DNA of 33,731 nt from an uncultured Lachnospiraceae bacterium (GCA_946533525.1 CAMNBW010000001.1:1-33731), one strand, 5' to 3'; positions 17,756 to 28,818 are shown, counted from the first letter of the stretch. Notes: generated by a model not told the origin, from the letters alone. Program-made: numbers and translations.

Positions 17756-20700
17756 TCAAAGTTCTATCTCTTCATGCAGGGCGACGGAATATATGAGCTT
17801 TTGCCTGACGTTAATTCCCGTGACCTGTTTGAGCGCCCTGGCGTAGAGCTCCAGCTGCCCTGTATACCTGTCCTTTAGCACCTGGGCCTGCCCTACCCTG
17901 TCAGTCTTGTAATCCACTATTACGATCTCTCCGTCTTCTATAAAAAAGGCGTCGATGATGCCCTGTATGAGCACCTTTTCCTCCCCGGGAAAAGAGCTGT
18001 CCACCTCGTTCGCCGGACATAAAAAGATAAAGGGCTGCTCCTTGAAAAGCTCCTTCCTGCCGCCAGCCCTGTCCATCCTTTCCGCCAGGGGAGAGAGCGC
18101 AAACCTCAATATGTCCATATGGTTCACCAGCTCGGCGTCCTCGGCCGCCAGCATTCCGGAGGCTGCAAGACTCTCCAAATAGGCCGAGGCTGATTCAGAA
18201 TCCCTTACTTTAGTTATGTCAACCTTTTCCAAAGCCTTATGATAGGCGGTTCCTCTTCTGGCTGCCCTGTCATCCTGCCTGTCCTTACCTCTGTCGGGGT
18301 TTAGCTTCTCCGAGGCCCTGTCCTCCTCCTCGGCTGTCAGCACCCTCTGCTCGCCCTCATCCTCGGCCTTAAAATGCTCCTTGAGCCTGGTTACCGCGGC
18401 TTTCATAGGAATTGAATTGATGAGCTCATGGTCGTCTTCAAATTTTATCTTAAGCCTTGCTTCCTCTTCAAAGTCCCATGGTTCTTCCGGCTTTTCAGCC
18501 TGTGTCAGCTCTTCAACTTCCATTTCCGTCCCGGCGGCGGCCCGGGCCGTCTCCATTACTATATCTTCAAAGAGCGCTTCTTTTTCCACAAGGACAGGCT
18601 CCTGACCCGCTGGGGAGCCATGGTCCAGTCCGTATTTAATATATGCAAAATAGCTGTCCGCAAGCTTCGGATTTACCGTTTTCCCGGCTCTGGCTTCCTC
18701 CGCAGAGTCAAATACCCCGCTCATGATGAGCTTTTCCTTGGCCCGGGTCATGGCGACGTAAAGAACCCTCATCTCCTCCCCCTTGCTTTCGTTCACAAGC
18801 TTCTCTGCAATAAGGTTTTTTATCAGCGTAGGCGCCTTCAGGTGCCTTGCCGGGTCTATGGCATCAATCCCAACTCCAAGGGAGGAATCCATTATGATAG
18901 TCCCCCTCGTATCCTGCATATTGAACTTCTTTTCGCAGCCCGTTAACAGCACCACGGGAAACTCGAGCCCCTTGGATTTATGGATACTCATGATCTGCAC
19001 GCAGTCGGAGCTGTCCGCCATGGAAGCCCCGGCGGTCTCGGTTTCGTATTTCTTAAGCTTCTCTATATACCGGACAAAATGGAACAGGCCATGATAGCTT
19101 GTAGCCTCAAAATCCGCGCATTTTTTCAACAGCAGCTCCAGATTTGCAACGGAAGGACCGCCTCTGGCCCTGGCATAGGCCTCATAGTCATTTTCCCTGA
19201 TAATAATATCCATCAGGTCATGAATCGGCATATAAGAGGAAAGATTGCGGTATTTTTCAAGTTTACATAATATCGCATCGACCTTTTCGACAGTGACCGC
19301 TTCGATTTTTCCGCTGGTACCGGCATCAACCTCCCCGGCCGTCCCATCAGCTCCCTTTGTCCCGTCGTCTCTTACAGCCCGAAGCGCATCTATAAGAAGC
19401 CCCTCCGGTTTAAAGGCCCTGATCTGCGCAAGCTCGGTATCCGTAAAGCCCCCGAAGGGACTAAGCAGTACCGCGGCCAGGGGTATATCCTGTCTCGGAT
19501 TGTCTATGACGCTTATAAGATCTGTTATCTTCCTTATTACATCATTTTGAAAATAGCCCGCAGAGCTTGCCGTAAATACAGGGATTCCGCTGTCTGTAAG
19601 CACTTTTTCAAAGACCTCAGAGCGGTTAGACAATGCACGCATGAGAATGACAATATCTCCGTACCGGCACTTCCTTAAGCCCCCTTCGTCGGTGACCATA
19701 TAGCTTCCAACCAGCTCCTTTATCTTCCCCGCCGCCCAGTAAGCCTCCGTCTGCACCTTGTCCAGTTCCTTCTCCGGGTCTGACTCTATATAATAGAATT
19801 CGCTCTCATTCCCGCTGCCGTTATCCTCAAAAACCGCTCCGGCGCGCAGCTTTTGATCCTCGTTGTAGTCAACTCCCCCGAAATTCCTTGTCATAAGGGG
19901 TTCAAAGACACGGTTCACTGCCTTAAGTACGGTTTCTCTGGAGCGGAAATTCTGCTTCAGGTCGATCCTCACACTTTTGTCATCATGCTCGTAGCTATCG
20001 TAGCGCGCCATGAAGATGGATGGCTCCGCCAGTCTGAAGCGGTATATGCTCTGCTTTACGTCTCCCACGCAAAAATAATTATTATCCCGGGCTATGGAGG
20101 TGAGTATCTCCTCCTGTACGGCATTGGAATCCTGATATTCATCCGTCATTATCTCCTCAAAATACCTGCGGTATTCCTCAGCCGCCCCCGCATGCATGAC
20201 CTCCAGGGCAAAATGCTCTATGTCCGAAAAATCCAGTATGTTCTTTTCCTTTTTTAACTCCGAGAACTCCCGGTCAAACTTCAGGGCAAGGGAAGAGAGC
20301 TGCTCCAGCGCAGCATAGGCCCTTCGGAAATTTTCCTGCTCCTTCTCCCAGGAGTGCATGAAAAACCGTGTCCGAAGCCTCTCCTTCTCCTTTTTTGCGG
20401 CATCCCGACACTCCTTTGCCCCTTCACGAAGCCCCGCGTCCACGCTTTCGTCCTTTTTGGAACTTAAGCGGCCGAAGGAAAAATTATCCAAGGCTGCCCT
20501 TATCTCCTCGAAAGACTCGAGCTTAAGCATCCCCTCAAAGGCCTCAAGCTCCTGCTCAATAGTCGGGGCATAAAAATACGGTCCTCCGCTTCTTTCACAG
20601 AGCTTTAAGCCCTCCCGCAGGTAGTCCGCGCAGAGCCTGAGTCCCGAGTGCACCGCCTCCATAAGCTCTTCGTATACCGCCATGCCCTCTATCCCGGAAC

Positions 20701-21307
20701 CCTCTGTCCTATAGGCGCCCGGAAGTGCTTCGAGCCACTCCCGGCTTTGGGCCTTGCCCCGGGAAAATTCGTAAAGCTCCATAACGGCATTCTTTACGTC
20801 GCTGTCATCCCTTTTTAGCGAATAGGCGGCAAGAAAGTCCATAAAGCCCTCATCCGCTTCCTCGTAAGCGCGCTCCATCACAGCTTCCAGGGCATCCTCC
20901 TTTAACAGGGCCAGCTCCCCCTCGTCTCCTATCCTGAAATTCGGCTCCAGCTCTATCCTGTTGAAATTATCCCTGATCACCGATAGGCAGAAGCTGTGTA
21001 TTGTCGTGATATGGGCCATATTTATAAGGGTTCTCTGCCGGAGGACATTTTCGTTTTCCGGGTCCTCCTCATACCGCTTTTCCAGGGCGTCCCTGATCTT
21101 CTGCCGCATACTGGCCGCCGCAGCGTTCGTAAAGGTGACCACCAGCAGCTTATCTATATCCACGGGATTTTCATCCGACAGTATCCGCTGTATGATTCGC
21201 TCCACAAGTACCGCCGTCTTACCCGAACCGGCGGCGGCGGAAACGAGGATATTCTTTCCCCGCTCTTCTATAACTTTTCTTTGTTCTCTGCTGAATTCTA
21301 TTGCCAT
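17756..21307 (-). CDS. addA: AddAB helicase-nuclease subunit AddA
   Basis: AAAGSGKT, VTFTNAAA, TDEYQD, VGDVKQSIYRFR, NFRS, SIHKSKGLEF and YVAMTRA UvrD-type motifs; C-terminal QGIID..VDYKTD..QLELY nuclease. Confidence 0.96.
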   Translation of the reverse strand: MAIEFSREQRKVIEERGKNILVSAAAGSGKTAVLVERIIQRILSDENPVDIDKLLVVTFTNAAAASMRQKIRDALEKRYEEDPENENVLRQRTLINMAHITTIHSFCLSVIRDNFNRIELEPNFRIGDEGELALLKEDALEAVMERAYEEADEGFMDFLAAYSLKRDDSDVKNAVMELYEFSRGKAQSREWLEALPGAYRTEGSGIEGMAVYEELMEAVHSGLRLCADYLREGLKLCERSGGPYFYAPTIEQELEAFEGMLKLESFEEIRAALDNFSFGRLSSKKDESVDAGLREGAKECRDAAKKEKERLRTRFFMHSWEKEQENFRRAYAALEQLSSLALKFDREFSELKKEKNILDFSDIEHFALEVMHAGAAEEYRRYFEEIMTDEYQDSNAVQEEILTSIARDNNYFCVGDVKQSIYRFRLAEPSIFMARYDSYEHDDKSVRIDLKQNFRSRETVLKAVNRVFEPLMTRNFGGVDYNEDQKLRAGAVFEDNGSGNESEFYYIESDPEKELDKVQTEAYWAAGKIKELVGSYMVTDEGGLRKCRYGDIVILMRALSNRSEVFEKVLTDSGIPVFTASSAGYFQNDVIRKITDLISVIDNPRQDIPLAAVLLSPFGGFTDTELAQIRAFKPEGLLIDALRAVRDDGTKGADGTAGEVDAGTSGKIEAVTVEKVDAILCKLEKYRNLSSYMPIHDLMDIIIRENDYEAYARARGGPSVANLELLLKKCADFEATSYHGLFHFVRYIEKLKKYETETAGASMADSSDCVQIMSIHKSKGLEFPVVLLTGCEKKFNMQDTRGTIIMDSSLGVGIDAIDPARHLKAPTLIKNLIAEKLVNESKGEEMRVLYVAMTRAKEKLIMSGVFDSAEEARAGKTVNPKLADSYFAYIKYGLDHGSPAGQEPVLVEKEALFEDIVMETARAAAGTEMEVEELTQAEKPEEPWDFEEEARLKIKFEDDHELINSIPMKAAVTRLKEHFKAEDEGEQRVLTAEEEDRASEKLNPDRGKDRQDDRAARRGTAYHKALEKVDITKVRDSESASAYLESLAASGMLAAEDAELVNHMDILRFALSPLAERMDRAGGRKELFKEQPFIFLCPANEVDSSFPGEEKVLIQGIIDAFFIEDGEIVIVDYKTDRVGQAQVLKDRYTGQLELYARALKQVTGINVRQKLIYSVALHEEIEL
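19275..19346. repeat. Three degenerate 24-nt tandem units inside addA
   Basis: Units begin GCATCGACCT (19275), GCTTCGATTT (19299) and GCATCAACCT (19323); the protein reads GEVDAGTS/GKIEAVTV/EKVDAILC. Confidence 0.5.
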
Positions 21308-21309
21308 TT

Positions 21310-24300
21310 TTACTGATAAATTTTCTTTAATCTTCTTTTGGAAGTCTTCTCATGCCTGTCTTTCTCATCGCACATATCAGAATACACGCAGTAGTCACAT
21401 GGGGTATTTCCGTCATATATGTAGGGGTTTCGTTCTATCTCACCGCTAAATATACGCTCCTGGCTTTCGTCAGAAATCTTCCTTATATGCTTGATAAATT
21501 CAAACAATTCTTCCTCGGAAAGCACTGATGAGTTTTTTGAAAAATCCCCGTTTGAGAGGATGCCGGCGGGCACTACCTTCGAATTTACCTTCGGAGCCAG
21601 AGCTTTATCAAAGAGTCTGGCGGATTCTATATCTGCGTTCAGCACCCCTCTGAGCTTCAATTTTGAATTTATGGCACTCTCAACCGCCTCGTCGCTTGCC
21701 GTGGCAGAGCCCAGCTCCTCCTCTGCGATCACAGGATCGTCTATATGGTAATAAAAGATCCCTCCGGGCTTTATGACCTTTCCCTTATGCCTGCTTTTTT
21801 CCAGCCCCATGGCCCCGTACAGATATAAAAAGAGCTGCATATCGAGGCCGTAATAGACCCGGTTCAGGTCAAAGCCCTTATTTCCCGACTTATAATCGAT
21901 TACGGAAACATATACCGCTTCGGAGGTTTCCGAAATATCCACCCTGTCTATCCTTCCGGTGATATTTCCTATCTTAAAGGGCTGCTCAAAGAGGTCGGGC
22001 TTGTAGGAGCCGCTGTTTTGCTGCATTTTAAGCGTCTTTAGGGTGCGCCGCATTATCCTCTTCATCCGCTCGATAAAATATCTGTTCCTGCCGGAACCCT
22101 TAAGAGCCACGGCTTCGTTGTCCTCGAGGAACTTTTCGGTCGCCTCGTCGATAAGCACAACAGCCTGCTCTTCGTCCAGGGAAGCAAAGCTTTCTCCCCT
22201 GTCCTGTAAGAGCCCGGAAATTATACTTAAGATCTCGTGCATAAGGCTGCCAAGATCCCTCTTTTCAAAGCCGTATTCCTCCCTCTCCTTAAGCTTTAAG
22301 GCATATCTTAAAAAATGCTCATATGCGCAGGAGACGAACATCTCAAGCCTGGAGGGTGAAAGGGATGTCCTGCCGCTGTCAGCGCCGTAGAGTACAGCCG
22401 CCAAAGCCTTACTTAAGGGATCAGCCGACGAAGGTGTAAAAACATAGCCGGCAAGGCGGCTTAACTCCGCCTCAGCCCCTTCCTCTTTAAGGAAGCTTAA
22501 GGCAAAGCGTCCCGCCTCCGCCTGTTCTTCCCCGACCTCTCTTAAGGTCTGGGCCGCCATAGCCCGTATATCCGCCATGCAGTTAAAATCCCTGTCGGTA
22601 TCCTTCGAGCTGACCTTCATTACCTCTAAATTATCAAAGCATTTTCGAACCGAACTGATAAAGTAGGAGCTTCTGGCAGCCGTCCCGTCCTCTGCCGTTC
22701 CCGGATAGGTAAGGGTCAGCTCCTCCGTGGGCTTGGTTACTGCCATATAGAAGTAAAGCCTCTCCGTCCCTATGTTTTCGTAGGCCGTAGGCGCGAGGGT
22801 AAAGCTTTCGGAGAGAAACTGCCTGTCCATATCGTTTAAGATCCCCTTGCTGCCTCCCTCGGCCGGCACCTTGCCCTCATTGACCCCGAGAAAGTAGAGA
22901 TATTTTATCCCGTTCAGCCGGCTCCGCTTCATATCTCCGGCCATAATGCATTTCCTCCCCGGAGGCACGACTCCAACACGTATCTCCTCCAGTCCTGCAT
23001 TAATAAGCTCCGAATACTCCTTCAGGGAAAGCTCCTCTTCATATATAAGCTCCCTCATGATCTCAAGGAGGGAAATAAATTTTCCGAAGATCTGGGAATA
23101 CTCGTCTGCACGGGCTTTATCGCCGTTCTTCGAAAACTCTTCTGCACGTATGAGAATTTTCTCCTCCACCCCGCTTTTTTGAAGATATGTCTCGAGAATA
23201 TGGCAGATCTCACCGCATTTTAATACCTTCTCTCCCGAAAGCGCCTCATACAGGGGGTCGACCTCCTCAAGGAATTTCTGCCTTATTTCATTGAGCTCTG
23301 CCAATTCATCTTCGCTGACCCTTCGCCCCTTATACTTAAATTCCTTAGAATACCCCGAATGTCCCTTTATTCCCGCTGCGCGCACGTAGTTTTCGAGCCT
23401 GTCCGTCTCCTCGGCCGAAACAGCGCTCATGGTTCCTTTAAGATAATGGAAGACCGCATCAAAATTAAAATCGGTTATAACGATATTTATAAGGGAGCGG
23501 ACGTATTCCACGAAAGGGTTCAGCCTTATTCCCCGGGTCTCGTCTATAAACACGGGCAGACCCATACGGACCGCTTCCTCCTTTAAAAGGCGTCCGTAGG
23601 CTGCGGTATCGCTCATGACGACTCCGATCTCTGCATATCCGCATACTCCCCGGCTTATAAGCCCTTTTATCTCCCCCAGAACATACCTGACCTCGGTTCT
23701 GGGTGAGTCAGTCTCCACGATCTTTATGCTCCTGTTTTCTCCCTCAAAGACTCCGGATCTTTTTCTGAAAAGGTGCTTTTCGAGAAAATCGAGCTCGGGA
23801 TTTCCCGCGAGCCTTCTCTTAGCGTTTTCATAGAGCCTTACGGTATTGACCTCGATACCGCATTCACCGGCGGCCTCCCTTAAATGAGCGGCTGCAGTTA
23901 AGGGCAGCTCGAACAGCTCCCCGTCCTTCCCGTCATAGTCAAAGGTGACGAAAATATCCGCTCCGCGGCGCATAAGCATTTTTATAAATCTGTACTGAAT
24001 GGGGGTAAAACCGGTAAAGCCGTCAAAGAAAATTGAAGAACCCTCCAGAAAATCCGCTCCCTCCGCGCGCCTTATGGCAGCATCCAGAAGCTCTTCCCTG
24101 GTAATATAGGTATCCTCCATTCTTTTCTTAAAGGCCTCGTAAATAAGCCTTATGTCCTGCAATTTGGCGCAAAGATAGCCGCGGGATGCGGACTTTTCCA
24201 TCATCCTGTCCACATCCCCCGGAAGTATATCGTACTGAATAAATTCTGAAATTATGGATTTGATCTCGCTGACATAGCCCGGCTTCAGCGATTTTTCCTT

Positions 24301-24627
24301 AAAGACCCGCAGGCTTCCGCCAAGCTCCCGTATGATACCCCTTATGATAAGGTTTTTCCCGGTATCGTCCAGGATAACCGATCTGTCGATGCCTGCGCTG
24401 TCGAAGATCCTGTGGGCGAAGCGGCTGAAGGAGAGCACATCGATATTTAAAATGCCCCTGCCCGGCATCCTCTCCGCCGTTTCCCTTATAACTCTTAAGG
24501 AATCCTGCTCGGGCACGACTATTATGCAATTCTTCGTGAGGGTCTTCGTGGCTTCCCTGACCACCGCGGAGTAAAGCTCCTCGGTCTTGCCATAGCCCGA
24601 GCCTCCCAAAAGCAGATTTAAGCTCAT
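21310..24627 (-). CDS. addB: AddAB helicase-nuclease subunit AddB
   Basis: GGSGYGKT, VVPEQ, SFSRFA, DGFTGFT; SPSRLE..C, GRIDRVD, IDYKSG, QLFLY; terminal CDYC..C Fe-S staple cysteines; directly upstream of addA. Confidence 0.95.
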   Translation of the reverse strand: MSLNLLLGGSGYGKTEELYSAVVREATKTLTKNCIIVVPEQDSLRVIRETAERMPGRGILNIDVLSFSRFAHRIFDSAGIDRSVILDDTGKNLIIRGIIRELGGSLRVFKEKSLKPGYVSEIKSIISEFIQYDILPGDVDRMMEKSASRGYLCAKLQDIRLIYEAFKKRMEDTYITREELLDAAIRRAEGADFLEGSSIFFDGFTGFTPIQYRFIKMLMRRGADIFVTFDYDGKDGELFELPLTAAAHLREAAGECGIEVNTVRLYENAKRRLAGNPELDFLEKHLFRKRSGVFEGENRSIKIVETDSPRTEVRYVLGEIKGLISRGVCGYAEIGVVMSDTAAYGRLLKEEAVRMGLPVFIDETRGIRLNPFVEYVRSLINIVITDFNFDAVFHYLKGTMSAVSAEETDRLENYVRAAGIKGHSGYSKEFKYKGRRVSEDELAELNEIRQKFLEEVDPLYEALSGEKVLKCGEICHILETYLQKSGVEEKILIRAEEFSKNGDKARADEYSQIFGKFISLLEIMRELIYEEELSLKEYSELINAGLEEIRVGVVPPGRKCIMAGDMKRSRLNGIKYLYFLGVNEGKVPAEGGSKGILNDMDRQFLSESFTLAPTAYENIGTERLYFYMAVTKPTEELTLTYPGTAEDGTAARSSYFISSVRKCFDNLEVMKVSSKDTDRDFNCMADIRAMAAQTLREVGEEQAEAGRFALSFLKEEGAEAELSRLAGYVFTPSSADPLSKALAAVLYGADSGRTSLSPSRLEMFVSCAYEHFLRYALKLKEREEYGFEKRDLGSLMHEILSIISGLLQDRGESFASLDEEQAVVLIDEATEKFLEDNEAVALKGSGRNRYFIERMKRIMRRTLKTLKMQQNSGSYKPDLFEQPFKIGNITGRIDRVDISETSEAVYVSVIDYKSGNKGFDLNRVYYGLDMQLFLYLYGAMGLEKSRHKGKVIKPGGIFYYHIDDPVIAEEELGSATASDEAVESAINSKLKLRGVLNADIESARLFDKALAPKVNSKVVPAGILSNGDFSKNSSVLSEEELFEFIKHIRKISDESQERIFSGEIERNPYIYDGNTPCDYCVYSDMCDEKDRHEKTSKRRLKKIYQ

Positions 24628-26537
24628 AACCGGATGGCGTTTAGCTGTTCAAGCCAGATCGAAGCCTCCGCGTCGGAGGGCATCCTTAAGTCCCCTCTCG
24701 GAGAGACCGCCACGGTACCTACCTTGGGCCCGTCGGGCAGGCAGGAGCGCTTAAACTGCTGGGAGAAAAATCTCCTGTAAAAAGTCTTCAGCCATTTAAG
24801 TATCGTCTCACTATCATGCTCCCCTTCAAAGGCCAGCTCGGCCAGCTTAAAGATCTTGCAGGGCTCGAAGCCGTAGCGGAGCACATAATAAAGGAAGAAG
24901 TCGTGGAGCTCATAGGGCCCGACCAGATCCTCGGTCTTCTGAGAGATCTCCCCGTTTTCGGGCGGGAGCAGCTCGGGGCTTACCGGCGTATCCAGCACAT
25001 CCTCCAGGACCCTCGATAATACCCGGCTTCCCGAATTATCCGCCTCGTACCGCACGAGGTGGCGCACCAGTGTTTTGGGGACGCCGCCATTTACCCCGTA
25101 CATGGACATATGGTCTCCGTTATAGGTGGCCCAGCCCAGGGCGAGCTCGGACAGATCCCCGGTTCCTATTACAAGACCTCCCATTCCGTTTGCCACATCC
25201 ATAAGTATCTGGGTCCTTTCCCTGGCCTGGGAGTTCTCATAGGTGACGTCGTGAACCGACTCATCGTGGCCTATATCCTTAAAATGCTGCCTTACGGCAT
25301 CGCGTATGCTTATCTCCTTAACTGTTGCCCCGAAGCTTTTAGCCAGCTCGAGAGCGTTATTGTAAGTCCTGTCCGTGGTTCCGAAGCCCGGCATGGTTAC
25401 GGCGATAATATCCTTTCGTGGAAGGCCCAGCGAGTCAAAGGCTCTGGCGGATACGAGAAAGGCCAGAGTGGAATCTAGTCCCCCGGAAAGCCCTATCACG
25501 GCCCTTTTAGCACCGGTATGCTTAAGCCTCTTCTTTAAACCCATCGCCTGAATGGAAAGGATCTGCTCGCAGCGCTTTGAACGGGTACCCTCATCCTCGG
25601 GCACAAAGGGAAATCTTCCGGGCCTTGTTTCAAGGCTCAGCTCCTCCTCGGAAAGGCCGAAGCTTAAGTGCAGGTAAGACTCAACAGAAGCGCTTTCAAA
25701 GGTGTTCATCCGCCGTCTCTCGGCAGAGAGCTTCTGCACATCTATATCGGCATAGGTTATGGAATTTTCAAAAAGCGGGGCCTCGGAGAGGAGCTTTCCG
25801 TTTTCGGCAATAATACTTCCGCCTCCGAAGACCAGATCCTGAGTGGACTCCCCTTCGCCCGCGCAGGAATAGACATAGCCCGAAACCAGCCTGGCCGAGA
25901 GCGCCGAAATCAGATTCTTTCTGAAATCATCCTTTCCGACAACCTCATCGGAAGCGCTCAAATTCACGATAAGATTTGCCCCTGCCGCAGCATGCGCCGA
26001 AGAAGGGGTATCTATCACCCAGGCATCCTCGCATATCTCGGCTCCGACTATGACCCCGTCATATCCGTTTGAACCCTCGAATAAAATATCCGTACCGAAG
26101 GGAACCCTGTCCTCTCCTATATTTATGTAAACCGGTTCTCTCCTGCCTTCGGTAAAATATCTCTTCTCATAAAACTCCGAATAGTTGGGTATATTACACT
26201 TGGGAATGAGGGCCAGTATCCGCCCTTTGTAAAGTGCCGCCGCCACATTATAGACCTTTCCCCTGAAGGCAAAGGGCAGCCCCACAAAAACGAGAGCGTT
26301 TCTGACATGGTCTCTTATGTAAACCAGCGCTTCCACCGCCCGACTCAATAATGTCTTTTGCAAAAACAGATCTCCGCAGGTATAGGACGTTATGCCAAGC
26401 TCAGGAAATACAATGATCTCCGCCCCGTGGGCGCAGGCTTCAGCAATCTTTTTTACTATCTCTTTTTTATTGAATTCGATATCGGCAACCTTTACCTCGG
26501 GAGTTACGGCCGCCACCTTTACAAACCCGTTATACAT
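24624..26537 (-). CDS. nadE: Glutamine-dependent NAD+ synthetase
   Basis: Nitrilase domain (FPEL, IPK, EICED) fused to a synthetase domain (GLSGGLDS, ENSQARERT, GTGDLSE, QQFKRSCLPDGP). Confidence 0.97.
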   Translation of the reverse strand: MYNGFVKVAAVTPEVKVADIEFNKKEIVKKIAEACAHGAEIIVFPELGITSYTCGDLFLQKTLLSRAVEALVYIRDHVRNALVFVGLPFAFRGKVYNVAAALYKGRILALIPKCNIPNYSEFYEKRYFTEGRREPVYINIGEDRVPFGTDILFEGSNGYDGVIVGAEICEDAWVIDTPSSAHAAAGANLIVNLSASDEVVGKDDFRKNLISALSARLVSGYVYSCAGEGESTQDLVFGGGSIIAENGKLLSEAPLFENSITYADIDVQKLSAERRRMNTFESASVESYLHLSFGLSEEELSLETRPGRFPFVPEDEGTRSKRCEQILSIQAMGLKKRLKHTGAKRAVIGLSGGLDSTLAFLVSARAFDSLGLPRKDIIAVTMPGFGTTDRTYNNALELAKSFGATVKEISIRDAVRQHFKDIGHDESVHDVTYENSQARERTQILMDVANGMGGLVIGTGDLSELALGWATYNGDHMSMYGVNGGVPKTLVRHLVRYEADNSGSRVLSRVLEDVLDTPVSPELLPPENGEISQKTEDLVGPYELHDFFLYYVLRYGFEPCKIFKLAELAFEGEHDSETILKWLKTFYRRFFSQQFKRSCLPDGPKVGTVAVSPRGDLRMPSDAEASIWLEQLNAIRL

Positions 26538-26567
26538 GCAGCATCCTTTCTTATAATAATTACCCTC

Positions 26568-27641
26568 TTAACCTCTTCTCTCGATCTCAGGCAGTATCAG
26601 TATCTCGTCCAGTGCCTTGATAAACTCCCGCATCTCCTCGTCGGTGCCTATGCTTATGCGTAAATATTCGTCTATCCTGGGCTTATTGAAATATCTTACG
26701 TAGATGCCCCTGCCTTTAAGCTCTTCAAATATCCGGGCAGCGTGATATTCCGGATTTTTCGCAAAAATGAAATTAGCCATGGAATCGGCAAAGAGGAAGC
26801 CTCTTTTCTTAAGCTCCTCCTTGCACCACTCCCGGGTAGCCTTAACCTTCCCGGTTATCTTATCAAAATATTCTCCGTCCCTTATGGCCGCCTCTCCCGC
26901 TATCAGCGAGGGCAGGTTCATGGTATAGGAATTGACCGAAAACTTGACATCGTTTAAATACTTTATAAGCTCGGCGCAGCCGAAGGCGTAGCCCACTCTC
27001 ATCCCCGCCATGGCCCTCGATTTGGACATGGTGCGAACGACGATCAGATTGCTGTACTTATCGATCAGGGGCAGGCAGGTCTCCCCGCCGAAATCTATAT
27101 AGGCCTCGTCCACAATGACGACGCTTTCGGGATTTCCCGCTATTATCCTTTCAAGGCACTCAAGCCCTTCGGCCACTCCGGTGGGAGCATTGGGATTTGC
27201 CAGAACTATACCGCCGTTTTCAGCCATATAGTCCTCCGCCCCGATGCTAAAATCCTCCCGAAGGGGAAGCTGCTTAAACGGTATCCTGTAAACCTGCGCC
27301 CACACATCGTAAAACGAATAGGTTATATCCGGGAAAAGCACAGGCTTGTCCCCGTTAAAAAAGGTCAGGAAGCACATCGAAAGAACATCATCCGAGCCCA
27401 CGCCGACAAAAATCTTTTCCTTCGCTACCCCATAATACTCCGAAAGAGCCGTCAGGAGGCAATCGCATACCGGATCGGGATACAGGCGAAGGCGGCTGTA
27501 ATCCGCTTCCTTCAAAGCCTGAATTACCTTCTCCGAAGGGGGATAGGGACATTCGTTGGTATTTAGCTTTATAACCTTTTGCTTCGGCTGCTCCCCCGGT
27601 GTATAGGGAACGACCCTTCTGATATTATCCTTTAAGCCCAT
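26568..27641 (-). CDS. hisC: Histidinol-phosphate aminotransferase
   Basis: KLNTNECPY, YPDP, GSDD, ANPNAPTG, DEAY and RTMSKSRAMAGMRVG motifs. Start re-assigned to ATG 27641 (MGLKDN). Confidence 0.92.
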   Translation of the reverse strand: MGLKDNIRRVVPYTPGEQPKQKVIKLNTNECPYPPSEKVIQALKEADYSRLRLYPDPVCDCLLTALSEYYGVAKEKIFVGVGSDDVLSMCFLTFFNGDKPVLFPDITYSFYDVWAQVYRIPFKQLPLREDFSIGAEDYMAENGGIVLANPNAPTGVAEGLECLERIIAGNPESVVIVDEAYIDFGGETCLPLIDKYSNLIVVRTMSKSRAMAGMRVGYAFGCAELIKYLNDVKFSVNSYTMNLPSLIAGEAAIRDGEYFDKITGKVKATREWCKEELKKRGFLFADSMANFIFAKNPEYHAARIFEELKGRGIYVRYFNKPRIDEYLRISIGTDEEMREFIKALDEILILPEIERRG

Positions 27642-28818
27642 ATCTCTGCGCCACCTTCTCAAAGCCCGGAATGGAATTAACTATTGTTTCATGGGATACG
27701 CAATAGGAAAGCCTTACATAGCCTCCGTAGCAGAAGGAGGAGCCGGGAACCACCAGGATATGCTCCTTTTTGCACTCCGCAACAAACTCCTTCTCGTCCG
27801 GTACAGGGCTCTTTATCCACATATAAAAGGCTCCCTCCGGGGGTACACATTCAAAGCCCAGCTCTGTAAGGGCTCCGTAGATCTTATCCCTGTTTTTTGC
27901 GTAAAAGGCCACATCTGCCTTCTCATCGATGCACTCTGCTACGACCTTCTGGAAAAGGGAGGGCGCGTTTACACAGCCTATGACCCTGTTGGCGATGGTC
28001 ACTGCCGCAAAGAGCTCCTCGTGATCCGCCGCCTCATCCGGCACTACGAGATAACCTATCCTCTCCCCCGGCAGCGACATGGACTTGGAGAAGGAATAGC
28101 CCACCATGGTATTGTCGTAATACTTTGTGATATAGGGAACCTCCGTATCCGTGTAGACCAGCTCCCTGTAGGGCTCATCGGAAATTATGAAGATCTCCGT
28201 ACCCAGCTCCTTCTGCTTTGCATACAGAATATCGGCAATCCTTTTTATAGTCTCCTCAGGATAAATAACACCCGTAGGGTTATTCGGATTGTTGATGATG
28301 ACCGCCCTGGTCTTTTTATTTATCTTGCTTTCGAAATCCTGAAGATCGGGCTGGAAGGTATCAGGATCGGGCATGGCCGCAATAAGCTTCCCGTCATAGT
28401 TCGCCGTGTAGTTCTTATACTCCACAAAATACGGCGCAAGGGCGATGACCTCATCCCCGGGATTGAGAATGGCCTTTAACGCGCAGTTTATGGCGCTTGC
28501 CGCCCCTACCGCCATCATGATGTTATTCTCGTTAAAATGGGTTCCGTGACGCCTGTTCAGGGCTTCCGCTATGGTCTTTCTGACCTCCGGGTAGCCCGCA
28601 TTCGGCATGTAGCCGTGTATCTTTGTTGACTCCGAGGTGTCCAGAAGCCTCTTCGCAACCTCCTTAACCTTCTCGGGAGCCGGCACATTAGGATTGCCCA
28701 GAGAAAAATCGTAGACATTTTCTGCCCCGAATTCCTTCGCCATCCTCTGTCCTTCCTCAAACATCTGTCTGATGACGGAATTATTGTTCACAAGTCCCTG
28801 CATTTTTTCAGAAATCAT
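27625..28818 (-). CDS. Class I/II PLP-dependent aminotransferase (aspartate aminotransferase-like)
   Basis: FSLGNP, NNPNNPTG, SDEPY and SFSKSMSLPGERIG (PLP lysine) motifs; RBS GGAGG. Confidence 0.93.
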   Translation of the reverse strand: MISEKMQGLVNNNSVIRQMFEEGQRMAKEFGAENVYDFSLGNPNVPAPEKVKEVAKRLLDTSESTKIHGYMPNAGYPEVRKTIAEALNRRHGTHFNENNIMMAVGAASAINCALKAILNPGDEVIALAPYFVEYKNYTANYDGKLIAAMPDPDTFQPDLQDFESKINKKTRAVIINNPNNPTGVIYPEETIKRIADILYAKQKELGTEIFIISDEPYRELVYTDTEVPYITKYYDNTMVGYSFSKSMSLPGERIGYLVVPDEAADHEELFAAVTIANRVIGCVNAPSLFQKVVAECIDEKADVAFYAKNRDKIYGALTELGFECVPPEGAFYMWIKSPVPDEKEFVAECKKEHILVVPGSSFCYGGYVRLSYCVSHETIVNSIPGFEKVAQRYGLKG

